Part shown: piece after piece, positions 39,406 to 52,534 of the stretch
Numbering within the stretch: the first letter of the stretch is position 1
Layout of the letters: each line of letters opens with the position of its first letter
Program-made: the position numbers and the translations under genes
Source: Macrostomum lignano
Lineage: Eukaryota
Length of the DNA: 64,000 bases
Assembly: GCA_002269645.1 (NCBI GenBank)
Contig: NIVC01000604.1
Coordinates: forward strand, 310,001-374,000
Direction of reading: 5' to 3'
Notes under the pieces: generated by a model
Seen by the model: the letters and a program-made list of their open reading frames with translations, nothing else
Databases searched by the model: none
Told to the model about the DNA's origin: nothing

Positions 39406-42400
39406 AATGTAATACTCATAATTCTCAAAAATAGAATAGGCTTGCAATCATTTTACCATGAAATACCAAAAATTATTACAAGAGAAGCTATATGGGGTTT
39501 CAACAAGGACCCATGCATGCAATTGTTAAGCCCTTACTTACTTAACTTGTTCTGCAGCATAGTGCTAACAGCAATGCACAAGTTAGCCACAGTCAATGGC
39601 TGGGAAGTAGCAGCAGACACCCACAATTGAAATGCCTAAAAATGTACAATTTTAGAAAAATATGCATATTTTTTAAATAAAGTCTAATTACTCCAATCAA
39701 CTCGCTTCCTAATAATTTCTTTGAATACTCTCAGTAAACTAAATAAAGAAAACCTGCGATTTTATGAGCTACTTACAGAGGCAACATTAGTTCGTTCACA
39801 AAAGCCTAAGACTTCTTGCGATTTGTAAATGGTAGTGGTGCCTTCAGCTTTGGAATGCAAGACCACGAGAACTTGGTAGCCTTTGGCTAACTTGACCTGG
39901 TAGTGAAGGCACACATTGAAATTAGCAACATAGATCATAATTGGTCCAGAAGAGTATATGACACGCATGTATGCAATAAGCATGCATTTGAACTCGCTTA
40001 TGATACTGTTAGCCATGCTAACCAGCTTCTTCCTCTGAAAAGAGGCGGTATCTATGCGTTCCACTGCTTGGGCATGCAAGGCTTCATTCGCCTGCTTGTT
40101 GAGCAAAGCATAATGCTTGCGAAGGCCGCTGACTTGATCTAAAAATTAAGGATTACCATTTGAGCATAAGAATCACAGCAGCATTCTAAATCTTACATGC
40201 CAAAATGACACTGTTTCTAAAACTATTTTATGTAGGTGTCATTTAGGTGGGTGAATGAAAGAAATTTCAATTTAAATTAAATGTATACCAACAACGTTTA
40301 AACTCGGATTGTAATTAATTTGCTCAAATACATTCTAAGCACTAGGCCTTCTAGCAGTACGTGACATCTACTAATTGAAAGAAGTCATACAAGTATTCAC
40401 AGAGCTAGAAAACCAAAAAATCTAAGGACTTGAGTAAAGTCATATTAAATAAGCTTCTGCTAGTGACCAGGCTGTAGAATACATTCACCTGGAGCACCAG
40501 GGTGTAGAAAAAGAATCAAGGTATGAGGATGGCGGCAGTGTATGGGAAAAGATACCAAGGGTCTGGGGATTGGTACTAGGGTATGGGAAAGGATATCAGG
40601 GTATGGAGATTGCTGGATTGGGAAGGTCAACTGGATCAGGGAAAGGCCATCAGGGTGTGGGGAATGCCAGCAGGGTATAGTAAAGGCCAATAGGGCATTA
40701 AACAGGTGCTAAGGCATAGGAAAAATCATCAAGGTATAGGGAAAACCAACAGGGTTGGTTAAGGCCATCAGGGTGTGGGGAAAGGTAGCAGGGACAGGGA
40801 GTAGGGAAGGCCAGCAGGGTGTAGAAAAGGCCACCAGGATGTAAGGAAGGCCAGAAGGGTGTGGAGAAAGCCAGCAGGGCGTGGGGAAGGCCAGCAGGGT
40901 GTAGGGAAGGCCAGCAGGGTGTGGGGAAGGCCACCAGGATGCGAGGAAGGCCAGAAGGGTGTGGGGAAGGCCAGCAGGGCGTGGGGAAGGCCAGTAGGGT
41001 ATGGGGAAGACCACCAGGATGTGAGGAAGGCCAGAAGGGTGTGGGGAAGGCCAGTAGGGTGTGGTAAAGGCCATCCATCAGGGTCATGGTGAAGGTCAGT
41101 AGGGTTGGTGAAAGCCATCAAGGTGCAATGAAGGTCAGCAGGGTGTGGAGAAGGCCATCAGGGTATGGGGAAGGCCATTAGGGTGTGGGGAAAGGGTAGT
41201 AGAGATAGGAAGTAGGGAAGGCCAGCAGGGTATAGAAAAGGCCACCAGGATGAGGAAGGCCAGAAGGGTGTGGGGAAGGCCAGCAGGGTATTGGGAAGGA
41301 CAGCAAGGTAAACAGGGTGCAGGGAAGGCCCACAGAAGACAGTGAGAGGCAGCAAGGTATGGGGAAGGCCTGCATTGGTAGGAAAGGGTAGCAGGGTGTG
41401 GAAAGCCAGTAGGGTATAGTAAAAGGCAATAGGGTGTAAGGAAGGCCAGCAGGATATAGAGAAAGGTGGCAAGGTATAGAAAAGGCCACCAGGATATAGG
41501 GAAGGTCTATATAGGTAAGAAAGGGTAGCAGTGTATAGGAAGGCCAGCAGGGTATAAGGAAGGCTAGCAGAGTGTAGGGAAGGCTAGCCAGGATGTGGGA
41601 AAAGCCAGCAGGGTATGGGAAGGCCAGCAAGATGTAATGAAGGCTAGCAAGATACAGTGAAAAGCAGCAAGGTGTGTGAAAGGCAGCAGGGTATAAAAAA
41701 GGCCCCCAGGAGACAGTGAAAGATAGCAAGGTATAAGGAAAGCCTACATTGATAAGAAAGGGTAGCAGGGTATGAGAAGGCCATCAGAGTATAGTGAAAG
41801 GCAGCAGGGTTTAGGGAAGGCTAGCAGGGTTTAGAGAAGGCTAGCAGGGTTTAGGGAAGGCTAGCAGGGTGTGTGTGGGGAAGGGGAAGGTTAAAAAACA
41901 AAAAATAAAACCTTTTAAATACTAAATACTAATTCAGTAATTGACTTAGCCTAGGGCCTATAACATAAAATAGTAGAATAGAACCTAATTTAATAATAAA
42001 CTTTAAAATACAAAAAATACATCTATAAACGTTAAAATTCAAAAACAGCTAAACCTACATTAAATAATGTCAAATGTTAACACTTGTAACTTTAGAAATC
42101 ATCCTAATATTTATCTAGCATTCTAGTGACACTAAAATTACTGTACTAGAAAATAGTAATAAAATCGCTACTTTGCATAGTGAACTATAAAAATAAGCAG
42201 AAATGGCTGTTCAAATTTGTGCCATTTTGGGGCCTATATGCGCATAAAAAAGGCAATCAATAGCATGCTACTGTATCATATAGCATGACATGGACCACCT
42301 TATAGGCGGTTTTTGCTGTGTTCTATACTGCCTAACATGTATTATATACGGCTGGAATTAAAGGTTATTCCTTAGTCCTTAGTCATTTGAATAAACCGTA

Positions 42401-43974
42401 AAAATTCCAGACAATCTTTCAAATACCTTACTTATACAAATATTGTAACTTGTATTCTTCAATCATATAAAAATAATCAACCTTTTCAACAAATATTAAA
42501 TACATTAAATCATATTGGCAAAACAGGCTCTTTGCCTGAGCCAAACTTACTACTACTACTACTAGAATCTTACAAAGTTCACTCAGTCACCTGACAGACG
42601 AAACAAGAACCAAGTAGGCTTATTATTATCATATTACTAGCTAAATGTTATTGCCAGAGTATATATGAACATTATTTTAGACGTGCTCCTTTGTAGTCCT
42701 GAGCAGTTTTGTTGGATTATATGTTCCTTAACTCCCAACATCCCAAGCTGCAACTGCAACTGCAAGCAATTTTTTGTGCTTGTGTTACATGTTGACAGCA
42801 TTACTAGGCCTAGTAAAATGGTCATGGAAGTCAAAGTCGGATTGTCTGCTGTTGTATTTGTCTACATCAAGTAATAAATTCTGGTTTAAAAGTACTAAAA
42901 ATTATTTTCAATAACAATATGTTAAAGTCAAAGAGATCATGTGAAGTCTAAAATATCATCTAATACCAATCATAATCAGATCTCCAGTAAGATATTTAAA
43001 GTTATTTTTAGCATTTTTTCCATTTGATAAATTTTTCTTGAATATTAGTATAATAATAAAAAAGTTGAATACATTTTTATCTTGAATTTTTAACACATGA
43101 TGTATAATGTCTTTTGCCTATTGCATTTGGTACTATGAATATGATCATTTTTGCCCAAAAAGATGTTTTTCTTACAGATATTTTCTATATGCCTAATATG
43201 TCATTTTTAGTTTTTGTATTTAAATGATTTTAATAATATATAACTAGAATAGCCAAAACCTTTGAAACAAGCTATAGGCCTAGGCCTACTCTAGTAGAAG
43301 GCAAAAATACTAGAATAACTAGATATGTCACTTGCTAAAAATACATTCTAATTTTTTCAGTAGCAAATTTAGTGTTTTTTGCCTTTATAATAGTGAAATA
43401 AAAATATATCTAATGTTTATATAATATTTAAAGTTTTTAAAGCTATAATTTTTTGCCTTTCTAGAAGCAGTCCATATTTCGGATCGTGTATTAGTGTATG
43501 CCAGGTTTAATGCTGAAAAATGATGAGACATTGTTTATATGCCAGGTTTAATGCCAGAAAAAAATGACGAGACCTTGTTTGTATGGATCCTAGTCATTTC
43601 GTCAACTGCCATTTTGTCAACTGGACACATCGTCAACCTGTTCCCTATATTGTTGTTGTTTTGTCAACCAACCAATAAGATACTTTCAAAGCTTGTTTAT
43701 TTCGTCAACTGTTCAATGGGACAATGTCAACTTTTGGTCGCTTCGTCAACTGCCAATAATACATGCCCTGCATTAAACTTTTTCCTTTCTGACTTGTATT
43801 CTTAGATGCTGCAATGATCAACACAGTATCTCTAAAACTACATGTTTTAGTCTCTAAAACCACTGTATTCAGTTGCATTTTTATTCAATGCAGCCCTCCT
43901 CCTTTCTCATTCTGGGCTTGGGACCAGACAATGGTGGAGTTACTGCCACAAAGATGCAGTTTGTACATGCTTGG

Positions 43975-44130
43975 GCGCAACCTAGGGATTCACCCGGCCG
44001 TTTCTATTGGCAACACACACATGTAAGTCGCTATTGGACAGAATAGTAGTCACGTGACTGCTCTCAGCCAATAGCGACTTACATGTGTGTGTTGCCAATA
44101 GAAACGGCCGAGTGATTCCCAAGGTTGCGC
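43975..44130. repeat. Near-perfect 156-bp palindrome (hairpin/MITE)
   Basis: ~63-bp arms GCGCAACCTAGGGATTCACCCGGCCGTTTCTATTGGCAACACACACATGTAAGTCGCTATTGG and its reverse complement, around a self-complementary GTAGTCACGTGACTGC core. Confidence 0.85.
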
Positions 44131-44353
44131 ATGTATGATGTTTGTATGGTAAAAAAAGGAAAAATGCATTGCACAAAATCACAAAGATCACAAAGGCCAC
44201 CACAAAGGTCACAATCAAATATAAAGCTGAAGATATACGCAGAATGTACAATACACTTATCTACTTCTACACTGTATACACTTATACTATATACACTTCG
44301 AATTAAACGACAGTCACAGTAAAAGTTTAATTAGTCCCAGTAAAACATACTAG

Positions 44354-44393
<40 letters not shown>

Positions 44394-44744
44394 GCTGCTG
44401 CAAACATCTTCTCTCCACCCCCTCTATCTTTCATTCTGCTCTCACTTTCATGCACTCATGTGAGCTCATGCAGCTCACATTTCAATGGCAAGGATACATG
44501 CATGATGGTAATGGTAAAACACAATACAAAACACAATAGATCTCTTCCTCTTTCTCTTACTATTTTTACTAACTTTCTAACTCTTTCACTCACTCACTCT
44601 TTCCTTCCCCCCTCTCTCTCACCCTCACTCTGATTCTTATACTCCGAGTCCTACTCTAAGCCACTTAAATGCTCCAGTGGCAACTGCATGCTGTACAGTA
44701 TATTCATTGTACATGCTAGCGCAAGTGGCCATATATAGGCAGCT

Positions 44745-47248
44745 TCAGAAAGAAAATTCAGGAAAATAATGAATGTACACCCTGCATTCACTGAGATATT
44801 TTTGCTTGCAATGATGAAAAAATTTCTTATATGTTGGCAGCAGATTTGTACTATGTGCCCAGTGGTTGTGTTCTAGAAGCCAATTGAAGGTGCCATGCAC
44901 AAGTTGTCGCAGGGGAGTAGAAGCTGTGCGTAATGCTGAATGTGGCATTGGTAAAAGCTGAACATGCCGAGGTAGCGCTGCAGCTCCTTACTGTCCTTGG
45001 GTAGAGGAAGAGCACGTAGGGCGCTCACTTGATTGGGCAGTGGTCGGATCCCATCTCCCAAAATCTGATGGCCCAGGAACTTGATTGTATCCTAATGGAA
45101 TTGGCATTTGTGAGGGCTAATTTGCAGGCAGTTGTTGCATAGGCGTTGCAGTATGGAACGCAGGTGTGCCTTGTGCTCCTCGCAGCAGGTGCTATGGTGG
45201 ATCCAAATGTCGTCAATGTAGGTGACCACAAATAGCATGTCATGGAAAATTGCGTCAATGAACTGTTGAAAGGTACTGGCTGCATTGTGTAGTCCAAATG
45301 GCATGCGCAGATACTCAAATGAACCAAATGGTGTGCAAAATGCAGTCTTCTATGTCCGTCGCGATGGGTACAAAGTGGTAAGCTTTGACGAGGTCAAGCT
45401 TACTGAAAATCTGTGACCTATGGAGTCGATAGTGAAAGTGTCCAATGTGGGGTATCGGGTAGCAATCTGGCTTGGTTATTGCATTGAGTGTGCGGTAGTC
45501 GCCGCAGGGATGCCACAAGCTGTCCTTCTTCTTCACCATGTGAAGAGGGGATGCCCATGGATTGGTGGAAGGTCGCACAATGCCGAGCTGCAGCAGTTGG
45601 TCAAACTCCACCTTCACTGTGTCAAACTTGGCTGGAGGGAGTGGACAAGGTTGGCAGAATAGTGGCTTGCTGTCAGTAATTATCTAGTAGCTGACTGTGC
45701 TAGACAAAGGTGCGGACAAATAGTCTGGGGCTTCTGCTAGCTGCAGGAAAGCATTGAGGGGTGTTGCTAACACTTCCAATGTTGCTAGCACCTATGGGGC
45801 TGAGTCTGCTGTTGCTTGAAGAGCTGCATGAAGTTGAGTAGTTGGGTCATGCAGATGTCTGTTCCGCATGTCAATTAGGAGACCAACTTAGCCAGGAAGT
45901 CAGCACCCAGAATCAGTGGTGTATAGGCCACGATGAAGTTCGCGGGCAATAGGCAGCATAGCTGTGGGATTGTGACAGACAGTGAGCACTGACCAAGGGT
46001 ACGAAATATGCAACTATCGATGCTGCGTAGCCGGACCTGCGTGGATACCAGCAGGTGGTGAGGGGCAAGTTCCACAGGTAGCAGGGAGCACTCAGCACCG
46101 GTGTCCACAACAAAATGAACTGTTTTTCCAAATGCTTTACAGGGTAACAACAAGGAAGCGGCCTCATTGAGGTCATGGTTCGGCCTTAATGCATGACCTA
46201 TGCATTTGTTGGACTGGTGGCGTGCGACTGGGCCAGCATAGCCTGACGGCTATTGAGCATGCATTGTGGCTTTGGTCCAGGCCACTGGCACCATGGTCGG
46301 CAGGTGCAACCTCTGCGCCATAGTTGATGTGGCCATTGCAGACCTTCTGCCTTGGCTGTCAGGTGCGTCGTGCCTCATAGGCGCTGCCTGGCAAAGGGGC
46401 CAACGGTGCGGCGGTAGCTTGCGCAATTGTGTGGAATGGTTTGGGACTGGCGACTGCCAACATGCTGTTAGTGATCCTTGCAAAGTTGTCAAGTGCTTCA
46501 GATTTGTGGCTGACGAGTGCTGAACGGATGTTGCTGGGAAGGGCAAACAGCAGGCGGGACTTGACAATCAAGTCATCAACCTGCAGGCCAACTTCGGAGA
46601 AGCACCGCCAAATGTCCATAACTAGTTGTGTAGGATAGCAGTCACCAAGCTCGACTGCAGTGAGCACTTCTTCGATGCGCTGGTGGTGGTTGGCCTGGAG
46701 CAGCTCCATCACAGCCAACTTTTATTGCTTTGTAATTGTCCTCTACATCGGCAATGTCGCAGGTGACATCTTCCAGCAGTGCAGACAGAGTGTGATGAAA
46801 CTTGATCATTGGACAGGTGATATGGGCCAAGACAAACTGAGATTCCAGTTGGCAGAACCAGACATCGGGCACTTTGCAGTAGAATGGTGGTGGGCAGACC
46901 GTGCAACAGTTAACCAACTCTTGGGCTATTGAGGCTGTGTCCCTCTCTGTAGTAGACGTAGAGCCAGTGGTGTTGGCCACCATTTGTCATTTGCTGCATT
47001 TGCTGGGCATCCTAAGGTAAGCCAGATGGTGTTATCGCATGCTCTGCTACCACTTTGTAGAGGGTGCTACAACTAAGAACAAAAGGCAGATAATTGCAGT
47101 GGAACAAGGTGTAAAAACTAGTTGTGGGGAATGCTGCTCTGGCTTCTTAGCTTAGTGCTGTATAACTGTATTTCACCATTAGCATCTGCCATAGATAATA
47201 GAATCATACTTATATGATCAATGGCTATGTAGTGTTGTATCTACAACA
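44745..47248 (-). mobile_element. Decayed Ty3/gypsy LTR retrotransposon (5' LTR, PBS, gag, protease, RT, start of RNase H; 3'-truncated)
   Basis: gag PPFYCKVPDVWFCQLESQF; protease FVVDTGAECSLL; RT NPWASPLHMVKKKD, CGDYRTLNA, FSKLDLVKAYH, MPFGLHNAASTFQ, YIDDI; LQRYLGMFSFY. Multiple frameshifts and stops. Putative LTR 47056-~47248 (TG…CA). Confidence 0.92.
47042..47052 (-). promoter_or_regulatory. Primer-binding site complementary to initiator tRNA-Met
   Basis: TGGTAGCAGAG lies 3 nt after the LTR-terminal CA and complements the animal tRNA-iMet 3' end (…CUCUGCUACCA). Confidence 0.75.
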
Positions 47249-48617
47249 CATAGTGCTATAGTATATATATTAGTATGCAAAAAATTGGCTATCATAGCCA
47301 CAGTGCATCTATCATCTTCACAACTCTATGTTACAAAATCAGGGTCATTGAGTTTGCTTGATTGCCACTGATCTCAATGCTCTAATAAATGCTCAGGTTT
47401 CTTATTAAAACCATTTTGGCCTCTTCATACCAAAGAGATTCTGCAAAATGTTGCATAGATATAGACATAGACATAGACCGATCATTTTTAGTATATGGAC
47501 TTACTATTTCAATTTATTATCATATTAAAATTATTCTACAACTCACTTCCACATGATCCTAAGTCAGACTGCAAGTATAGACAAAGTCAAAATGCTCTTT
47601 GTCAATCAGTGCAATTGAGAGCTCATGAATTGATGCAGCTAAAAGGCACTAAGCATCTTTAAACTTAAGTAGACTTTTCAATCTTGCCACTCCGGTAAAA
47701 ACCATCAGCTCTATAGAAAGGCCTCAGCTTTGTGCAGGTTGTTAGTTTGTGCAAAAAGCAACTCGCAGTAGATCAATTGCTTGAAGCTTTTTTGTGCACT
47801 ATTGTAGATATTCCAATTTTTGTTTAGTTTTAAAAATATAAAAGCCTAGATTTTCCAGAATTTTCATAATTTTTTATAGTTCTTGTCTATAAAATCATAT
47901 TTTTTGTTATTCCAATGAAATCCAGTTATGTATTTATGCAAAAAATATAATGTATATTAGCCTTTTTTTCTATATAATTGATCTGTGAAGTCATTTATTT
48001 GCAAAAGGCCTCCTTCTTTAATTTGCCCTTTGCATGCTTATTGGCAAGTCATAGAACCCTCATTCTCATTGAAGTCTTTACCAATTGTCATCTATTCTTT
48101 GGTCTTATCAATATTAGCTTTATCATGCATAAGTAAGCATTTAGGCCTAGCCTACTGAGGTTTATTTGTATAAATATGATAGGCAAATGCATGTCAAAAT
48201 TTAAAAAATTTACATCAAATTTACTATAGTTCACAGATATAACATTACTATAATTTGAAATTCAAACAAAATTCACATTTTATGTTTTGTTGTAAGTAAA
48301 ATGCATGCTTTTTACTTTTGTTTTGAACAATATTAACTTAAAATTTAATTTAGTTACAATAAAGATGTTTCATAGTGTCACAAAATTGCATATCATACTT
48401 TTAGCCACATTGGAAGTATAAAAGTACAAATTATACTTTCAGAGCCCCATCAGATGTATAAAAGTACACATTGCACTTTCAGTCTCATAGGAAGCAAAAA
48501 AGTGCAAATTGGCCTTTTAGTCACATTGAAAGTATAAAAGTCCGCATTGCAATGCATGCCACATTGAGAGTTTAGTTTCTCCTAGAGGTCAACACCCAAT
48601 CGCAATCTTTAGCCAGC

Positions 48618-49004
48618 ATGTCAAACAGAAAAGAAGCCGCTGCCGCCAGTCAGAGCGCCGCCATCCAGGACTCCTTTGGCACCATCGTGCGCAGATTCAT
48701 TGACGAATACTGGAGTGGCACCTCGCGCTCGCTGAAGATCATCGACGCCTACATGTTTTACATTCTCATCACGGGCGTGATCCAGTTTGCCTACTGCTGC
48801 CTGCTTGGCACTTTTCCATTTAACTCCTTCCTCAGCGGCTTCATCAGCTGCGTGGCCAGCTTTGTCCTTGCCAGCTGCCTGCGCATGCAGGTCAATCCGC
48901 AGAACAAGTCCGAGTTCTCCGGCATCACCAAGGAGAGAGCGTTTGCCGACTTCCTGTTTGCCAGCCTGCTGCTCCATCTGGTTGTTATCAACTTCATCGG
49001 ATGA
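48618..49004 (+). CDS. DAD1: Oligosaccharyltransferase subunit DAD1/OST2 (128 aa, intronless)
   Basis: [62 protein letters not shown]…[23 protein letters not shown] is the canonical DAD1 sequence. Confidence 0.98.
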   Translation: MSNRKEAAAASQSAAIQDSFGTIVRRFIDEYWSGTSRSLKIIDAYMFYILITGVIQFAYCCLLGTFPFNSFLSGFISCVASFVLASCLRMQVNPQNKSEFSGITKERAFADFLFASLLLHLVVINFIG

Positions 49005-49124
49005 GCTCCGCCCGGCTGCTCTTGTGGGCTAACTCTGGCAAATGGAGAAATTCTTTTATTAGCTGTCAGTGCTAAGCATGGGCGAGAGTTCACTGTTCAC
49101 TACTGATTATAGTACTATCGACCT

Positions 49125-49655
49125 TATAGTCCCCTGGGACCTGATCCTGATCTCATAGTCCCTTGGGACCTGATCCCGATCGCATAGTCCCTTGGGACCT
49201 GATCCCGATCTCATAGTCTCTTGGGACCTGATTCCGATGGCATAGTCCCTTGGGACCTGATCCCGATCTCATAGTCCCTTGCGACCTGATTCCGATGGCA
49301 TAGTCGCTTGGGACCTGATCCCGATCTCATAGTCCCTTGGGACCTGATCCCGATGGCATAGTCCCTTGGGACCTGATCCGGATCGCATAGTCCCTTGGGA
49401 CCTGATCCCGATCTCATAGTCCCTTGGGACCTGATCCCGATCGCATAGTCCCTTGGGACCTGATCCCGATCGCATAGTCCCTTGGGACTTGATCCTGATC
49501 TCATAGTCCCTTGGGACCTGATCCCGATTTCATAGTCCCTTGGGACCTGATCCCGATCGCATAGTCCCTTGGGACCTGATCCCGATCTTATAAGTCACCT
49601 GGGATCTGATCCCGAGCTTATAGTCCCATGAGACCTGATCCCGATTTTGTAGTCC
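49125..49655. repeat. 29-bp minisatellite CATAGTCCCTTGGGACCTGATCCCGATCG downstream of DAD1
   Basis: About 18 units; each has a GTCCC-TT-GGGAC hairpin. Confidence 0.95.
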
Positions 49656-50504
49656 CTTGGTCTTTGATCACTCTCTTTTCGAGTCCTAAGGTTTGTAAAG
49701 TCAGTATGGTGACATACTTGGATAAGAATTAGTTGGTGATCATTCCCGCTTCATACTACTGCACTGATAAGCCGATTCGAGTAGGCCGTCCGCGTAAAGC
49801 CGTTATAATTGTCGCAATCTATGTACCTGCTGCAAGATATATACTGAGGGCGGTTTTGTGTTCGGTGATGTGTTAGCCTTATACCAATTAACATTAGTGT
49901 AGCAAATATGTTTTTTTGTTGGGTTCCTAAAGTAGTTTTTCTCCTGTAGAACAAAAACTAATATCAATACGTGTGCGCTACTTGCACTACTAGTTCTAGT
50001 AGCGTGTTGCAGTTTTTTTGTCAAGAAAACAGCACGTCATTATCTTCTGATTCTTTATAGCGAGCGCTCAATATTGAAGTGAGCGGATGAGCTCCTAATT
50101 GTTACTTGCCTATCATCGGTGTTTGGCTTTTCCTCTCTGTAGAAGCCGTGCATTGTGCGTATTTATACTGCCCAAATCAAATCGAACTGACCCTTTTTTA
50201 TCTGTTTTCATTGTTTCTCTTTTCGTTTCTATTCATACGGTTTCCTTAGCAATATGCTCCGTTGAATTCAATCGCTTGTCACGTTCGCGCGGCTAGATTG
50301 CCCCGTTACTGTTCTATGCATATGCTCTATCACAAAATTCCAATATTCTTCATCGTTACGATTAGCAAACATTTGACTTTCTCTGCAAAATCTTTTTTGT
50401 TTGTTATCTGCTTTGCGACTCTTTTGGACTCACCGGTTGGCGCTGTGCCAAAATTTGATTATTAAGCACGTGGGTCCTAGTCCTTGTCGGTTTCCGGGTC
50501 ATTG

Positions 50505-50910
50505 AGAATCTTAGATCCCTAATCTTTGAGATTCCCCGGATCCCAAATCTTTGCGAGTCCCCGGATCCCAAATCTTTGTGAGTCCTCGGATCCCAAATCT
50601 TTGCGAGTCCTCGGATCCCAAATCTTTGCGAGTCCTCGGATCCCAAATCTTTGCGAGTCCTCGGATCCCAAATCTTTGCGAGTCCTCGGATCCCAAATCT
50701 TTGAAATTCCCCGTATCCTAAGTTTGGTCCCCGGATCCCAAATCTTTGTGAGTCCTCGGATCCCAAATCTTTGCGAGTCCCCGGGTCCCAAATCTTTGAA
50801 ATTCCCAGTATCCTAAGTTTGGTCCCCGGATCCCAAATCTTTGCGAGTCCCCGGGTCCCAAATCTTTGCGAGTCCCCGGGTCCCAAGTTTGAGATTCCCC
50901 GGATCCCAAG
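50505..50910. repeat. 25-bp minisatellite GGATCCCAAATCTTTGCGAGTCCTC
   Basis: Direct reading. Confidence 0.93.
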
Positions 50911-51319
50911 TTCCTTCATTGTACCCCAAACTGTAGCTTGTCATTTGCGTCACAAACTCTGTCCGGTTTCTGCCTTTCTCCTCCTTCACATTTAAACCAT
51001 TAGATGTTGTTTGCTCTCTCCGGCATAATTTAATTTCTTCGGTCAAAGTTAGTGACGGATAAGCTGGCAGTGAGAATTGTTGCAGCAGCCCATTGCTGTT
51101 ATTCTATTCAGAAGTTGAAAATATTCAAATAAACAAAGAATTCTTAGAAACACCCCGACGCAGTCGGACAGTCGCCTCTCGTTGCGCTGCGGCAAAGGCA
51201 ATGGCCTAATTGGAATTGCGGGCGATCAAGCTTGTCTTGCTGTGTTACTCTTCTGGTCTAGTTTATATTCATTATATTTGCAGCTTAGGGCATAGCATAA
51301 GTGGGACAGTTTCTTACCC

Positions 51320-51910
51320 AGATCCTCAGTCCGTTGCCGTTGCGCTGCCTCAGTTTCTGGGCACCCAGGAGCCAGCCTCCCACATCCTCAGTGACTGGTC
51401 CACCGCCAGCCTCCCAGATCTTGAGTTGTTGGGCCAGCCTCCCAGATCCTCAGTTGCTGGGCCACCGCCAGCCTCCCAGATTCCCAGCTGCTGAGCCAGC
51501 CTCCCAGATCCTCAGTTGCTGTGCCAGCCTCCCACATCCTCAGTGACTGGTCCACCGCCAGCCTCCCAGATCTTGAGTTGTTGGGCCAGCCTCCCAGATC
51601 CTCAGTTGCTGGGCCACCGCCAGCCTCCCAGATTCCCAGCTGCTGAGCCAGCCTCCCAGATCATCAGTTGTTGGGCCAGCCTCCCAGATCCTCAGTTGCT
51701 GTGCCAGCCTCCCACATCCTCAGTGACTGGTCCACCGCCACCCTCTCAGATCTTCAGTTGCTGGGCCAGCCTCCCAGATCCCCAGTTGCTGGGCCAGTCT
51801 CCCAAATCCTCAGTTTCTGGGCCAGCCCCCAGATCCTCAGCTGCTCGGCTAGCCTCCCAGATCCTCAGTTGCTGAGCCTCCCAGATGCTCAGTTGCTGGG
51901 CCAGCTTCCC
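51320..51910. repeat. ~28-bp degenerate minisatellite GGGCCAGCCTCCCAGATCCTCAGTTGCT upstream of LLPH
   Basis: Direct reading; a larger block is duplicated at ~51360-51500 and ~51520-51660. Confidence 0.88.
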
Positions 51911-51989
51911 AGATCCCCAGGCTCAGGGCCTCTTTAAGATCAGCACTAGTCCAACCCTACCGCCGCCGCCGCCCGCTCCCGCAGCTGCC

Positions 51990-52400
51990 ATGGCCAAGAG
52001 TCTGCGGTCCAAGCGGATGCGTCACAACCGCGCCATCAAGCGAGAGAAAATCTACGGGCCGAAGGAGCTGGCCCGGCTGAAGAAAACCGTGGCCGGCTTA
52101 ACTGACGGCGGAACCGTTGCTAACGACGCAGAGATGCGCGACGTAGCCGTTGTCAGGGACTCTACCGAAGTTGCTAAGGAGCTGGCGGAGAAGCGAAACC
52201 AACAGAAATCGGCGTACGACTCGAAGACGCTGCAAGACGAGCACGGTTGCTACCCGCCCTGGATGAACCAGCGGCGCATCCGGCGGCACCAGGCCCACCT
52301 GCAGAAGCAGAAGTCGGGCAAGAGTGCGGCGGCTTCGGGCAATACGGCATCTGCAAAGCGGGGCGGAAAGAAGCGACCGAAGAAAAAGTCTGCTTGGTGA
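51990..52400 (+). CDS. LLPH: LLP homolog (LAPS18-like), 136 aa, intronless CDS
   Basis: MAKSLRSKRMRHNRAIKREK N-terminus, KTLQDEHGCYPPWMNQR motif, K-rich tail ending in W. The ATG at 51990 was chosen over the upstream alternative start in the ORF track. Confidence 0.93.
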   Translation: MAKSLRSKRMRHNRAIKREKIYGPKELARLKKTVAGLTDGGTVANDAEMRDVAVVRDSTEVAKELAEKRNQQKSAYDSKTLQDEHGCYPPWMNQRRIRRHQAHLQKQKSGKSAAASGNTASAKRGGKKRPKKKSAW

Positions 52401-52534
52401 CATTGTGATGAACTTGGGCTTCTAATATGGGTATTTTATGCGCTTTCTTACGAAAGAACGGTAGAAGAAATGTGTTGCAGCAATTGTCTAACATCTTCCG
52501 AGGTCCTCTTTTTCCAATCCGTGTAATTTCATTA

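Larger units (their letters stand above)
34445..42336. mobile_element. ~7.9-kb foldback-like element with long, modular, repeat-filled inverted arms
   Basis: 34445-34745 is the reverse complement of 42036-42336; 35075-35460 and 36405-36785 match 40680-42030 inverted. Arms are built from ~20-bp CCACACCCTGCTGGCCTTCC-type units. No TSD found. Confidence 0.65.

Noticed and set aside
39762-40142. ORFs inside the foldback-like element
   Set aside because: Short, preceded by stops, and no family recognised.
51885-51989. N-terminal extension of LLPH in the ORF track
   Set aside because: It uses a non-ATG start within repeat-derived sequence; the family begins MAKS at 51990.
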